A stretch of DNA of 64,000 nt from Eledone cirrhosa. Taxonomy: Eukaryota. The notes beneath the pieces are model-generated. The model worked only from the letters and a program-made list of their open reading frames with translations. It was not told the DNA's origin and did no database searches. The translations under genes were made by a program, and so were the position numbers. Shown here piece after piece: positions 14,880-27,552 of this stretch (the stretch's first letter is position 1; each line of letters opens with the position of its first letter). The DNA lies in contig OZ024744.1 of NCBI GenBank assembly GCA_964016885.1, forward strand, positions 36,084,001 to 36,148,000. Direction: 5' to 3'.

Positions 14880-15852
14880 GAGATCCTAAATCAGTTTATC
14901 ACAGCATCAATGGGAAAAGCTCAATCTCTGTACATAATACCCCTACAAAAGAACAGGTTGAGAGCTACTGGAGATCTGTGTAGGAAACGAATGACGGATT
15001 TAGCAAACAAACTAAATGGCTAAAAGAACTGGAACAGGAATACTGTCAGCATGCCCAGACAAAATAATATGACATAGACGGGATAGGGTTAGGGTTAGGA
15101 AACAGTTCTGCAGAAAATGTCGAATAGGAAATCACCAGGCCCAGACCTCATAACAGGATACTGGCTGAAAAATTTAACCTTCTATCGGCAAGATCTTATA
15201 CTGCAGTTTACAGAAAGTATGAAAGGTACACACGAATTCCCCAATGGTTATCAACTGCGACTACTCTCCTCATCCCCCAAAGTAACCAAAACACCCTTGC
15301 TAAAACATCATGTAACATCAGTAACCTGCCAAAACATCATGTACAAATTACATACAGGATGCCTTAATCTGTTCTTGCAGGATCATTGTGCCACCAACAA
15401 CATTATAACACCTGAGTAAGCTGGTGTAAAGAAAGAGATTTGGGGCTGCATAGATCACCTACTAGCAAATAAAATGATACAGGAAAAAAATCGCAATAAC
15501 ATGACTGTGGTGAGGCTGGACTATCAGAAGGCTTTCGATAGTGTACCTCATAGGTGGATTATTAAGGCTTTACAGTTAGCAAAAGTTCCCCAACCACTAG
15601 TAGCTGCTGTTGAAAGCCTGACCAAGAACTGGTACACCAATTTGATCCTTAAGGGTGAAAAGGAGCAAATCAAGACTGATACAATAGACTACAAGAAAGG
15701 CAACTTTCAGGGTGATAGCTAATCAGAGCTGCTCTTCGACCTCTCACTAAACCCATTATCATACCTACTCACAAAACAAAGTGGCCATTAATGTAGATTC
15801 AGAAGTATCTCCCATCTTTTCTTTGTTGATGACCTGAAGTTGTATGCAAAGT
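14880..15852 (+). mobile_element. R4/Dong/NeSL-like (RLE-group) LINE RT fragment
   Basis: KSPGPDLITGYWLK, LDYQKAFDSVPH, FQGDS and HLFFVDDLKLYAK motifs; multiple stops. Confidence 0.8.
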
Positions 15853-15989
15853 CTATATATAAACCTTTAGCTTATTTACTTTAGTGCCGAGTGAGTAAAC
15901 GTCACTTATGATGGATAAAGATCCTGAAATATTACAGGATTGCTCAGTTGTTTGAGAACGTTAGCATGAATTTAGTAAAAGGCTCATAA

Positions 15990-16960
15990 GTCATGGAAAT
16001 TCTTTATTTCAGAAAATAATTGACACGAGTAATCTTGAAACCTTTCTGGATGCATCTACTCAATGAATCCGCTGTTAGCGTTAACAGACCCCCCCCCCCT
16101 CGACTACGCCCCATACGCATTAATTCAACTGATTCATGTCTGGAGATCGAGATGGCCATATGTTTTGGGTGACATGGTTATGGAGATTGTAACTCATCCA
16201 TTCTTGGATCGACTTGATCTTATGAGACAGTGCAGAGTATTGTTGGTAGGTTGACGGTCTTCTTTTGTGCACACTCACTATCCAATGCATTACAACCTTC
16301 GTGAACACCTTATAGTCAGACCTTGATCCTTAAAGAAAGAATTATTGAGGCATAGCATCACTCCTTTCGGAACCATTACAGTTGCCGGAAACTTTGTGTA
16401 CATGACAGTGAAACATCTTTAGGGTCTCTGCATAACCACCTGTCCTTTCTTTGGTTGACCTTTTAGTCCTGATCAAAGTTTTTCTCATTACAGAAAAACC
16501 GAACCATTCCAAACTTTTGATTTTTCAACTTGCTCAACAAGCACTTTGCGCGGAGAAGACGGTTATCTTTTGTCTTCGAAGACTTTAATGAAACTCTCAG
16601 CGCCACATATGACTTGCTTTAAATGTCCTCAAGGATATTTTCTCTGATAGTGTGCATTGAAACCTTAAGCTTCTTAGCAATGGTTCTACTTGACTTTCTG
16701 GACATCTTATCAATAATTTGCTGCACCTTTCGCATAAATTTCTGTGTTCTGGTGGTATCAGGACCACTTGCAGGCAATTAACGTTTGGCTACTACTGTAG
16801 AATCCTTGCCAGTGGTTCCCAGCTGTTTGCGAAATTTGACCAGAAACGACCACGCTACTTTCAGGAAGCGAGCAATCGCTAAATCACTGCTTAAGACAAC
16901 GATTTCAGTGTGCCTTTTTATTTGCTGAGTTAGCTTATTATCCGAATGTTATCATTTATC
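15990..16960 (-). mobile_element. Tc1/mariner (maT/DD37D-like) transposase pseudogene
   Basis: FFCNEKNF (FFSDEK-like), TKFPATVMV, SALSHK..SIQEW and WPSRSPDMNQLN (WPPxSPDLNPLD) motifs. Confidence 0.75.
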
Positions 16961-17576
16961 TGAAAAGAAATGATTATCAGAATAAGGTGAGAGCAATAAA
17001 AAGATGTCCTTAAAGAACTGAACAACCCTCACATTACAGGCGTTCTCATATAGTTACTGAGGTCGCTTTGACATTATAAAAGTGTCTTAATTACTTAAGA
17101 AGGATCAAATTTGTGAAATGATCAAAGTATTCATGCGATTAGATTAGGTCACAAATTTGATCCCTCTTACAATCTGGAGATATGGTCAATATTGGGCCTT
17201 GAAATCTTAGGTATCACTTTTGTTCTGTGTATGAATATTAATAAATAATATAATATATCATCTCTCATATCTGATTGAGCACTGTTTTACTTTTCCCCTT
17301 TTCACAATTACGGATATTTGCTACATATCAATATCTCCTAACAGCTCCGTAGACAATGCCGTACCTCAAGAATGAAACACGTATAAATGATATTTTTTTC
17401 TAATCAACCATATAATATATATATATCTATATATAAATACGTATGTGTGTGTGTGTATTCGGATATAGCTGTCGAAACTGCCGGAGCTCATCCGTCGGGC
17501 TTTTGAATCTTTTTTTCATATATATATATATATATATATTATTATTATTATGTAATAAACAACATAAGGCAATTAT

Positions 17577-17634
17577 TCCATTTACCAGTGGTTTCTTAAA
17601 AGCAAAAGGTTTTGCTTTCAATCCTCAGAATGAA
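17577..17634 (-). ncRNA. Type I hammerhead ribozyme (distal pLTR copy)
   Basis: Reverse complement of 22198-22255. Confidence 0.85.
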
Positions 17635-17783
17635 AAATCCTGGTTTGTTTATTGAATATGGATTCTAAAAACAAAAATGCAATCTATATGAAAGTGAGGC
17701 TGGAAAAGGGAGAAGGAAAGGAAAAATAAAATAAAATAAAACTACACATGCAAACACACACAAAAAAACACAAAAGCATACTT

Positions 17784-17816
<33 letters not shown>

Positions 17817-17838
17817 TATATATACACATGTACATATC

Positions 17839-17912
<74 letters not shown>

Positions 17913-18167
17913 CAAAAATATAAAAATATAAACGCACACACACATATAAATACGCAAACACACATATACATACATAGCTAAACAATTATACACATGCAAA
18001 TACGTATATATCAAAAGAACGCACAACCAAATACAAACACAAACACATATATACACACACACACACCCACACACAAACCCACACATACATAAAAATAAAT
18101 AAAAACACACGCAACATATACATACATACACATACATATACATATATACATATATATATATATACAC

Positions 18168-18213
<46 letters not shown>

Positions 18214-18355
18214 ACGTACACATACACACATGCATACACATACACACACACATATACATGTGTGTATGTGTAAAGCTCAGTATTAGATAAGACAAATGAA
18301 CCTTACATAAACGTATATATAGTAGTAAAGTAATAAAGCCATACAAGGCAATTAA

Positions 18356-18413
18356 TCCATTCACCAGAGGTTTCTTAAAAGCAAAAAAAGTTTCCTTCAA
18401 TCTTCAGAATGAA
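18356..18413 (-). ncRNA. Hammerhead ribozyme variant (proximal pLTR copy, GUG at the cleavage site)
   Basis: Reverse complement of 20823-20880. Confidence 0.65.
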
Positions 18414-18522
18414 AGAAAGCCCTGGTTTATCCACATATACATACATATACACACACAAATATACAAATATATACACACATACAGACACGCACAAACACAC
18501 ACACATATATATATATATACAC

Positions 18523-18556
<34 letters not shown>

Positions 18557-18854
18557 AGACATATATACATACACATATATACACATACATACACATACAT
18601 ACATACATACACATATATATACATACACAAACATATACGTACACATATACATATATACACACAAAAATACATACACATACACATAGGTATGTGAAGGGCA
18701 AAACAAAAAGAATATATGGGGGGGGGGGGGGGCTAAGAGGAGGTAAAAATATAAGGGGAGGTAAGGGAGAAAATATTTTTTAAAAAATCAAGAGTACAGA
18801 AGGTAGAAGCAGCAAAATAAAAGCCGTAGCGAAAGTAAAGAGCAGAGAAGGAGT

Positions 18855-20093
18855 TCAAGGCGGTTGATTCATCGTAGGAGTGTCAATCCAGTTACAGATC
18901 AGATGCGATTTCAGATGAGGACAGCATCTGAAGATCTCAGTCTTAGAGTTAAGGCAAGCGGAAGTGTCTCTCAAGTTTAGCAAAATCCTATACTGTTCTG
19001 TGGTACACAAAGAACAATTCTTTGTGCCCCTTTGGTACTCCCTCGAATGGTCTAATATAGACCAATCAATAGAGTACGGGATATTACTATCCTTGAGATC
19101 CCATACCTTACTTGCGAGGGCCGTTGATGTTCGTTTATCTGAGTGTTTAAAAGAAGCGACATGTGAGTAAAATCTGGTTTTAAACCTGTCCTGGGTCATA
19201 CCGACATATCGCTCGCTTCTGGCTGGCTGGTTGTTGATAACTGGCGTTATTTTAGCCTCATAAACGACAGATTTTGTGTTACATTTACCCTGCAATGGGC
19301 ATTCATCCGGCTTCCTGCAACTGCATCCTGGATTTATCCTCGTACGGTTTGAACTGGTGATTTTGGATTTCATGGATGGACAACAAGAGTAGCTGATCTT
19401 AACTACATTCCTATTAAAAATCTTATAATATCTATGAATAGGAGGAAAATGTTTGTCTAATAGTTCAAGGAATTTCCTTCCTACATTAGTTTTGACATTT
19501 AGGGAGAAGGGGGGTGTGAACCAAATAATCTTCCTTTTCCTGTTATTATGGTTAGTTTTAGGGGGGGGGGGAGTAGGTAAATAAGAAATATTTTCTGTAA
19601 AACCGCTGTTCTTAAGGGCTTTATTATAATAAGGGGCGGCTTTATTAAAAATGTCTATAGACGAAGATAAAGTAGAAATCCTACGGCTAATGTTAGGAAT
19701 AAGATTATTAAAAACTATAGGGGGATGGCAAGACTCTTTGTGTATATACCTAAGATTTTCATTAGGTTTATGATAGGGTTTAAAAGAGGCAGTAAGTAGA
19801 TCAAGATTAATATCAAGAAAGTTAGCATTAGTAAGGTTCGTATCTATAGTAATTTTAAGGTTAAGATTAGCAAAGGTACTAATTAAATCTTTACGGAATT
19901 TATCAAGATTATGGCCATTGGTGGTATGAGAAACTGCTAATCCGTCATCACGGTATAAACCGATATTATGGGACGGAAATTTCTCTTTGAGTGTGTGGAG
20001 AAGGAATAATCCTACTAAGTCGCACACATCCGCACTGTCATAAGAACCCATTGCAACATCGAAAGAGTTTTCAGGGTTTGACTTTTTAAACAC
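18855..20093 (-). CDS. PLE reverse transcriptase (5'-truncated) + GIY-YIG endonuclease, 412 aa uninterrupted
   Basis: AMGSYD, GLYRDDGL, FLDI, ESCHPP, WFTPPFS, CSC..CPLQGKC, VVYEA..YVGMTQDRFKTR and CSLCTTE motifs. Confidence 0.92.
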   Translation of the reverse strand: MFKKSNPENSFDVAMGSYDSADVCDLVGLFLLHTLKEKFPSHNIGLYRDDGLAVSHTTNGHNLDKFRKDLISTFANLNLKITIDTNLTNANFLDINLDLLTASFKPYHKPNENLRYIHKESCHPPIVFNNLIPNISRRISTLSSSIDIFNKAAPYYNKALKNSGFTENISYLPTPPPPKTNHNNRKRKIIWFTPPFSLNVKTNVGRKFLELLDKHFPPIHRYYKIFNRNVVKISYSCCPSMKSKITSSNRTRINPGCSCRKPDECPLQGKCNTKSVVYEAKITPVINNQPARSERYVGMTQDRFKTRFYSHVASFKHSDKRTSTALASKVWDLKDSNIPYSIDWSILDHSREYQRGTKNCSLCTTEQYRILLNLRDTSACLNSKTEIFRCCPHLKSHLICNWIDTPTMNQPP

Positions 20094-20670
20094 TCAGATA
20101 AACGAACATCAACGGCCCTCGCAAGTAAGGTATGGGATCTCAAGGATAGTAATATCCCGTACTCTATTGATTGGTCTATATTAGACCATTCGAGGGAGTA
20201 CCAAAGGGGCACAAAGAATTGTTCTTTGTGTACCACAGAAAAGTATAGGATTTTGCTAAACTTGAGAGACACTTCCGCTTGCCTTAACTCTAAGACTGAG
20301 ATCTTCAGATGCTGTCCTCATCTGAAATCGCATCTGATCTGTAACTGGATTGACACTCCTACGATAAATCAACCGCCTTGAACTCCTTCTCTGCTCTTTA
20401 CTTTCGCTACGGCTTTTATTTTGCTGCTTCTACCTTCTGTACACTTGATTTTTAAAAAAAATTTTTCTCCCTTACCTCCCCTTATATTTTTACCTCCTCT
20501 TAGCCCCCCCCCATATATTCTTTTTGTTTTGCCCTTCACATACCTATGTGTATGTGTATGTATTTTTGTGTGTATATATGTATATGTGTACGTATATGTT
20601 TGTGTATGTATATATATGTGTATGTATGTATGTGTATGTATGTGTATATATGTGTATGTATATATGTCTG

Positions 20671-20748
<78 letters not shown>

Positions 20749-20822
20749 TGTCTGTATGTGTGTATATATTTGTATATTTGTGTGTGTATATGTATGTATA
20801 TGTGGATAAACCAGGGCTTTCT

Positions 20823-20880
20823 TTCATTCTGAAGATTGAAGGAAACTTTTTTTGCTTTTAAGAAACCTCTGGTGAATGGA
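20823..20880 (+). ncRNA. Hammerhead ribozyme variant (H17=G)
   Basis: ttcatt-CTGAAGA-ttgaagg...cttttaa-GAA-ACCtctGGT-G-aatgga. Confidence 0.65.
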
Positions 20881-21022
20881 TTAATTGCCTTGTATGGCTT
20901 TATTACTTTACTACTATATATACGTTTATGTAAGGTTCATTTGTCTTATCTAATACTGAGCTTTACACATACACACATGTATATGTGTGTGTGTATGTGT
21001 ATGCATGTGTGTATGTGTACGT

Positions 21023-21070
<48 letters not shown>

Positions 21071-21338
21071 GTGTATATATATATATGTATATGTATATAT
21101 GTATATATGTATATGTATGTGTATGTATGTATATGTTGCGTGTGTTTTTATTTATTTTTATGTATGTGTGGGTTTGTGTGTGGGTGTGTGTGTGTGTATA
21201 TATGTGTGTGTGTTTGTATTTGGTTGTGCGTTCTTTTGATATATACGTATTTGCATGTGTATAATTGTTTAGCTATGTATGTATATGTGTGTTTACGTAT
21301 TTATATGTGTGTGTGCGTTTATATTTTTATATTTGTAT

Positions 21339-21370
<32 letters not shown>

Positions 21371-21770
21371 GTGTGTGTGTGTGTATATAATTACATATAC
21401 ATGTGTGTGTTTATATTGTATACGTGTACGTCTTTGCGTATGTATGTGTATGTACGTGTTTATGTATTTGTATATGTATATTTATGTGTGAGAGTGTATG
21501 TATGTGTTTACTATTTCGAACGTATGTATATGTGCTTATGTGTGTATTACTTACCACGCGTGTCTGTCCTGTTAGCTGGGGCATGTATCGCTGTCAAATA
21601 TTTCTTAATATTATTTATATATTTTTTTTCTTATATTTATTTGCGTGTGTTAATATGTAGTGGAGTGCATTCATGTATGTGTATGTATGTACGTTGTATG
21701 TTTGTGTGAATGTATGTATATGTGTGTGTATATATATGTGTGTGTGTATGTGTAGGCTTGTACACACACA

Positions 21771-21801
<31 letters not shown>

Positions 21802-21834
21802 ATATGTGTATATATGTGTATATATGTGTATATG

Positions 21835-21870
<36 letters not shown>

Positions 21871-21892
21871 GATATGTACATGTGTATATATA

Positions 21893-21927
<35 letters not shown>

Positions 21928-21993
21928 ATGTATGAATATATGTATGTGTATATGTGTGTATATATGTGTATGTGTGTGTGTAGGTGTACGTTC

Positions 21994-22047
<54 letters not shown>

Positions 22048-22197
22048 CAAGTATGCTTTTGTGTTTTTTTGTGTGTGTTTGCATGTGTAGTTTTATTTTA
22101 TTTTATTTTTCCTTTCCTTCTCCCTTTTCCAGCCTCACTTTCATATAGATTGCATTTTTGTTTTTAGAATCCATATTCAATAAACAAACCAGGATTT

Positions 22198-22255
22198 TTC
22201 ATTCTGAGGATTGAAAGCAAAACCTTTTGCTTTTAAGAAACCACTGGTAAATGGA
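22198..22255 (+). ncRNA. Type I hammerhead ribozyme
   Basis: ttcatt-CTGAGGA-ttgaaagcaaaa-cc-ttttgcttttaa-GAA-ACCAcTGGT-A-aatgga. Confidence 0.85.
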
Positions 22256-22358
22256 ATAATTGCCTTATGTTGTTTATTACATAATAATAATAATTAAGCT
22301 CTGTTGCTTACATAGAGCACTCTTTTTTCCTGGACTTTTCCGATGGAATTACTTCATT

Positions 22359-22433
<75 letters not shown>

Positions 22434-22608
22434 CTGCTCTGTAAAACAACTGATGTTGTTACATTGAGTGTATTTATCTTACTGGTAATAAGATAGTAAT
22501 AAATTACTGTCTTTCACTATTTAGGGTATAACATATATATAACTATAAAAGGTTTTAGTATATACATAACCATAAATAGTATCCTTAATACTATATATAT
22601 ATATTTAT

Positions 22609-22785
22609 TTGTTTCTACTTTAGGCACAGGGCCAGCAAATTACCCAGTGCATTACTGGTACTTTTTTCTCGACCCCGTAAGGATGAAAGGCAAAGTTAAC
22701 CTCGGCGGGATTTGAACTCAGATCGTAAAGGGACGTAACTATGCTGGAAAGCATGGTGTCCGACCCTCTACCGATACTGCCAAAT
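22609..22785 (-). mobile_element. tRNA-derived SINE
   Basis: A-box-like tggcagtatcgg, B-box gagttcaaatccc and conserved core aactttgcctttcatccttacggggtcga. Confidence 0.85.
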
Positions 22786-22847
22786 GGCGATGAATTAGTT
22801 TTGCTAGGTTTTTGATATGAAATCGTGTGTCGACACATATATATATA

Positions 22848-25207
22848 TTGTTATACTTGCGGAGGGTCATATTTGTGTAATAATATTGCCAGCATTAATA
22901 ACAGAACACGCTCACTGTTTGGTTGGTTTTCGCTTCTGTGTCCTTTATATCGATTAATTTAATTTATTCGGTCCTCATTGACTGACCAACGGTCAAAAAT
23001 ACAGATACAATATAGACACAAACACATATATATAGTCTATCAATGTTCTTTCGTTGCACATCTGCAACCTCGTCAGTGGTGCTATTGTGTTTCCTCCCGT
23101 TGCATTGTATGTCTACGGCATATTTATTTAGTCTGTTTATTTATTTATTTATTTGTTTTTTTGTCTACCCTGCGCATGCGTTTGCGTGTGTGTATAGTGT
23201 TTTGTTTGATGTGTGTTCGTGTTTGGGTGACTGTGTATTGGTTATTGTATTCTATCTTAGTTTACTAGAGTGTGTTTATATGGCAAAAAAGACTCCCATG
23301 GGAAGGTGGATTGGGTGGACCAAAGCTATACGGACCCTCCAAAACAATGATCAAGTAAGAAAAATGGTCGCACATGCAATAGGGGCTAGTATCAAAACTA
23401 CCCTAAAGGGCCACATATTCAAGTTCAACGAGAAGATCTACACCCAAAATGAGGGAGCAGCCATTGGCGTCAGCATAGCTGGTGACGTTGCCAACCTTTT
23501 TATGGTATGGTGAGAAAGGAGATTCAAAGATCTCCTTGATGAGAGCTCCATAGACCTCATCATGTACTCTCGTTACGTAGACGACATCAATATAGTAATA
23601 AGGACATCCCCACAAGAGAGCACTAACAAGTTTGATTTAGAACGTAGCACAATGGAAAGCATCCAGCAGATAGCTAACTCTATACACCAGAGTATAACTG
23701 TAACTATCGACTACCCTTCCAAACACCCTAACAATAGACTACCTGTATTAGATACGGAACTCTGGATTAACACTATAGACGAGAGAGGCCAAATTCTCCA
23801 CTCACACTATGCTAAACCCATGGCCTCTAAATACCTGATACTCAAAAACTCAGCAATGTCCAGTAGTGCTAAGTTTAATATTCTGATCGCAGACTTGGTA
23901 CGAGTGATGAAGAACGTGTCCCGCATGTGCGACCCAACAGAAATGGAAAGACACATCCAACACTTCATCAACTGCATGCAGTTCTCTGGCTACAACCAAA
24001 GAGACAGAATCAGAGTATACGAAGGAGCTACGGAGAAGTATAAGACCCTCATTGAACTGGACATGAAAGGAATTTGCCCATTATACAGGAGCAAATCATG
24101 GAATAGCTTAGATAGGACTAGACATAAGATAGGGAAAGCCACCTCATGGTACGACAACCAGAGATACCAGAGTGTCAGGGTTGTGGACGCTACGCCTGGA
24201 GGGAAATTAGCTAACCAGTGTAGAAAGGCCCTGAGAAAGACCCACTTAAAGATTAAGGTGGTAGAAAAGCCAGGAACCACCATAAAATCCCTGATCAGCA
24301 AAAGCTACCCTTTGAAGAAAACCCACTGTACTAATAGGAACTGTATCATATGTAAAGTAAACCCCCGGATAAACTCTAAAACTAGAAACGTAGTCTATAG
24401 TATAAGATGTACAGAGGGTACTTACATAAACATGACAACAACATACATAGGCGAGGCAGCTCGTAGCATAGGTGAAAGGATAGACCAACACTGGGGGGAA
24501 CTAAAAGGACGAAACAACGGTTTAGTACTATACGAACATGCCAGACAACAACAAGACGGTAACATAGACAACATAGAAATTAGAATAATATCTAAACATA
24601 GAAATTACCCAGCAGATAGGCAAATCAGAGAGGCCAGCGAAATAGAACTTAGAAGGCCAAGGCTAAACAGAAAAAAATGAATGGAATAACAACAACATCT
24701 AAACAAACAACACTGCCCTAAGAGAAGTATAAATAAATAAATAAATACATACACAAGCACAATAACGACAAACACATATAAACACACACTAATAAACTAA
24801 AATAGAATACAATAACCAATACACAGTCACCAAAACACGAACACACATCAAGCAAAACACTATACACACACGCAAACGCATGCGCAGGGTAGACAAAAAA
24901 GCAACTAAATAAAAAACTAAATAAATAAATAAACAGACTAAATAAAGATGGCGTAGACATACAATGCAACGGGAGGAAACATAATAGCACCACTGACGAT
25001 GTTGCAGATGTGCAACGAAAGAACTTTGATATATGTGTTTGTGTCTATATCGTATCTGTCTTTTTGACCGTTGGTCAGTCAATGAGGACCGAATAAATTA
25101 AATTAATCGATATAAAGGACACAGAAGCGAAAACCAACCAAACAGTGAGTGTGTTCTGTTATTAATTCTGGCAATATTATTACAACAATATGACCCTCCC
25201 CAAGTAT

Positions 25208-25212
<5 letters not shown>
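22848..25212 (+). mobile_element. Penelope-like element (Naiad-like by motif) with inverted terminal repeats 22848-23281 / 24776-25212
   Basis: ORF with GAAIGVSIAGDVANLFM, RYVDD, LPVLDTELW, YAKPMAS and VVYSIRC..YIGEAARSIGER motifs. HHR-like core CTGACGA-gttgca-gatg-tgcaac-GAAA at 24993-25020. Flanked by (TA)n. Confidence 0.88.
23280..24680 (+). pseudogene. PLE RT + GIY-YIG ORF, 5'-truncated, one in-frame TGA at 23511-23513
   Basis: ORFs 23043-23513 and 23562-24680 are in the same frame. Confidence 0.85.
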
Positions 25213-25243
<31 letters not shown>

Positions 25244-25248
<5 letters not shown>

Positions 25249-25636
25249 TGTATGTATAGTATATTTGGCAATATACCGTATGTTTAATTAAAAACATTTT
25301 GAAGGCCTTGCGCTATCATTTTAAAGTAGTGACTATGTCACTTCTTTTTTTTTCGGCAAAGGAAGGGAGAGAAGCTGACAGATTCTGTTTCACACTGTTG
25401 ATGTTCCTCAGAGCAACGTATTCTCCGGAGTACGTTGCTTTGACGACACCAACAGTGTGAAACAGGATCTGTCGGTTTCTCTCCCTTCCTTTGCCGAAAA
25501 CAGAAGTAAGTGACATAGTCACTACTTTAAAATGATAGTGCAAGGCCTTCAAAATGTTTTTAATTAAACATACGGTATATTGCCAAATATACTATACATA
25601 CATTCATGTACACATCGCTATTTCAGAGCACCAACC

Positions 25637-25640
<4 letters not shown>
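25244..25640. mobile_element. Hairpin insert with two HHRs (minus 25374-25414, plus 25437-25476)
   Basis: Minus arm: gct-CTGAGGA-acat-caaca-gtgt-GAA-ACAGaatCTGT-C-agc. Plus arm has TTGACGA. Flanked by (TA)n. Confidence 0.75.
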
Positions 25641-25710
<70 letters not shown>

Positions 25711-25717
25711 AAGCACA

Positions 25718-26084
25718 TATATACTCTTTTTCATTTATCTTCTATACACCTGCTTAGACCTATGAGAGGAATCGTTGAGATATTCTTTGAGTGAAGTGAA
25801 ATCTGTTCTCTGTAATAAAAATAAAATATAACGTATAATTCACATGTACACTATGTCAAAGATTTCTTTGATCAGATGATTTGTTCTGCCACTGCCAGAC
25901 ATGCAATAAGTAACAAATACAGTCTACTCATTCTGTCTCAGTCCTAAGAAAAACTATTCAAAGAATTTTGTTGTTGTCGTTGTTGTTGTTGTTGATAGGT
26001 CTGATCAATAAAAATTGTAACCTAAGTCATTTTATCTATGATTTACCTGTTATAGCGTTAGATGACAGTAATGAAATAACGTTT
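25718..26084. repeat. ~365-bp near-identical duplication of 42846-43212
   Basis: About 4 substitutions seen between the copies. Confidence 0.9.
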
Positions 26085-26132
26085 GAGTAAATCGTGTCAA
26101 TGTACATTCATAGAAACATATAATTATATATA

Positions 26133-26325
26133 TAATTGTTTCTACTTTTGGCACAAGGCCAGAAATTATACCAGTGCATTACTGGTACTTTATTTTATCG
26201 ACCCCGTAAGGATGAAGGCAAAGTTAACCTCGACGGGATTTGAACTCAGATCATAAAGGGCCGTAACTCTTTGCCGAAAAGCATGGCATCAGATCCTCTA
26301 CCGATACTGCCATTCCACCACCCTT
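26133..26325 (-). mobile_element. tRNA-derived SINE
   Basis: Same family as 22609-22785. Confidence 0.85.
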
Positions 26326-26359
26326 TATTTATATATATGTCTCTCTCTCCCTCTCAATT

Positions 26360-26750
26360 TCCGGTTGGTTGGTTGGTTCAATAACCGGTTGATTGTTTAT
26401 AATATATAAACAATCAAAGCTCTTTCGACACATATTCTGTGACCTCCTCAGTGACTGGGTTTTTATTTTGTGTCTCTCATTTGTTCTGTCCTATGCTATC
26501 TTGTTTTTGTGTGCTGTGTGCACAACACACAAAAACAAGATGGTGTTGGTCAGAATAAAGGAGGGACACAAAATAAATAAAAAACTCAGTAATTGAGGTC
26601 ACAGAATGTGTGACGAAACAGCTTTGACAATACATATACAATCATCCGATTATCGAACCAACCAACCGAAAATTGATAATAAATTGAAGAGAAAACTAAC
26701 GGGTGCATGTGTTTTTATTGGCATCATGACACTCCCAAAGTATAATTATA
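26360..26750. mobile_element. Inverted pair of an HHR-bearing terminal repeat family (also 1372-1462 and 31210-31468)
   Basis: Minus-strand HHR at 26411-26457: cagtca-CTGAGGA-g-gtcaca..tgtgtc-GAA-AGAGCT-T-tgattg. The other copies have core or stem II deletions. Confidence 0.7.
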
Positions 26751-26754
26751 TATA

Positions 26755-26854
<100 letters not shown>

Positions 26855-26940
26855 GTAGGAGGTGAGTTTTATTGTAGTACAATAAAGCAATGCAGATATC
26901 GGATAAGAAGCACTCTACAGTTTGTAGGACTGGAGTATGC

Positions 26941-27262
26941 ATAATATAAGATCAAAAGATGGTTCAAGGAGTTCCATGTATTTTATTATGCGCATTTCAA
27001 AAACAAACATCATCATGCAATAATATTTGTGTTTTCATCAGATAAAACAGGAGAACATGATATGAAGGCTAAAAAACACTTGTGGATAGTGCAGTTATGT
27101 TGATTTAAAACTGCACTATCCACAAGTGTTTTTTAGCCTTCATATCATGTTCTCCTGTTTTATCTGATGAAAACACAAATATTATTGCATGATGATGTTT
27201 GTTTTTGAAATGCGCATAATAAAATACATGGAACTCCTTTAACCATCTTTTGATCTTATATT
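26941..27262. mobile_element. Near-perfect hairpin of PLE terminal repeat with HHRs on both strands
   Basis: Arms are reverse complements of each other and homologous to 5170-5325. HHRs at 26981-27047 (-) and 27157-27225 (+). Confidence 0.85.
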
Positions 27263-27389
27263 ATATATATATATATATAGGTCAGTTATTCCGGGCTGAA
27301 CCACAGTAAGTAAGGTACTCAATACATAGCAGAGTATAAAAGTTTTAATATACATGAGATTCTACAGGACTAGAACTGTTTCATTCTTT

Positions 27390-27440
27390 AGATTCCTGAT
27401 GATTTCTAAAGAATGAAACAGTTCTAATCCTGTAGAATCT
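27390..27440 (+). ncRNA. Type I hammerhead ribozyme in short hairpin insert 27280-27443 (family also at 56226-56345)
   Basis: agattc-CTGATGA-t-ttc-taaa-gaa-t-GAA-ACAG-ttctaatc-CTGT-A-gaatct. Confidence 0.75.
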
Positions 27441-27517
<77 letters not shown>

Positions 27518-27552
27518 GTGAGGTTTTTTTTACAAAATGAAAAATATATATA

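Larger units (their letters stand above)
17539..22293. mobile_element. Penelope-like element with long inverted terminal copy (minus arm 17539-20090, plus arm 20084-22293)
   Basis: 20084-22293 is the reverse complement of 17539-19152, with an extra ~600-bp microsatellite block. Four HHRs. (TA)n abuts the left end and lies ~70 bp beyond the right end. Confidence 0.92.

Noticed and set aside
17460-17500. Minus-strand CGGATGA...GACA as a hammerhead
   Set aside because: Two core mismatches and poor stems.
25060-25135. SECIS element for the Naiad-like ORF
   Set aside because: AUGA and AAA are present, but I could not form the required stem with a 3' GA quartet.
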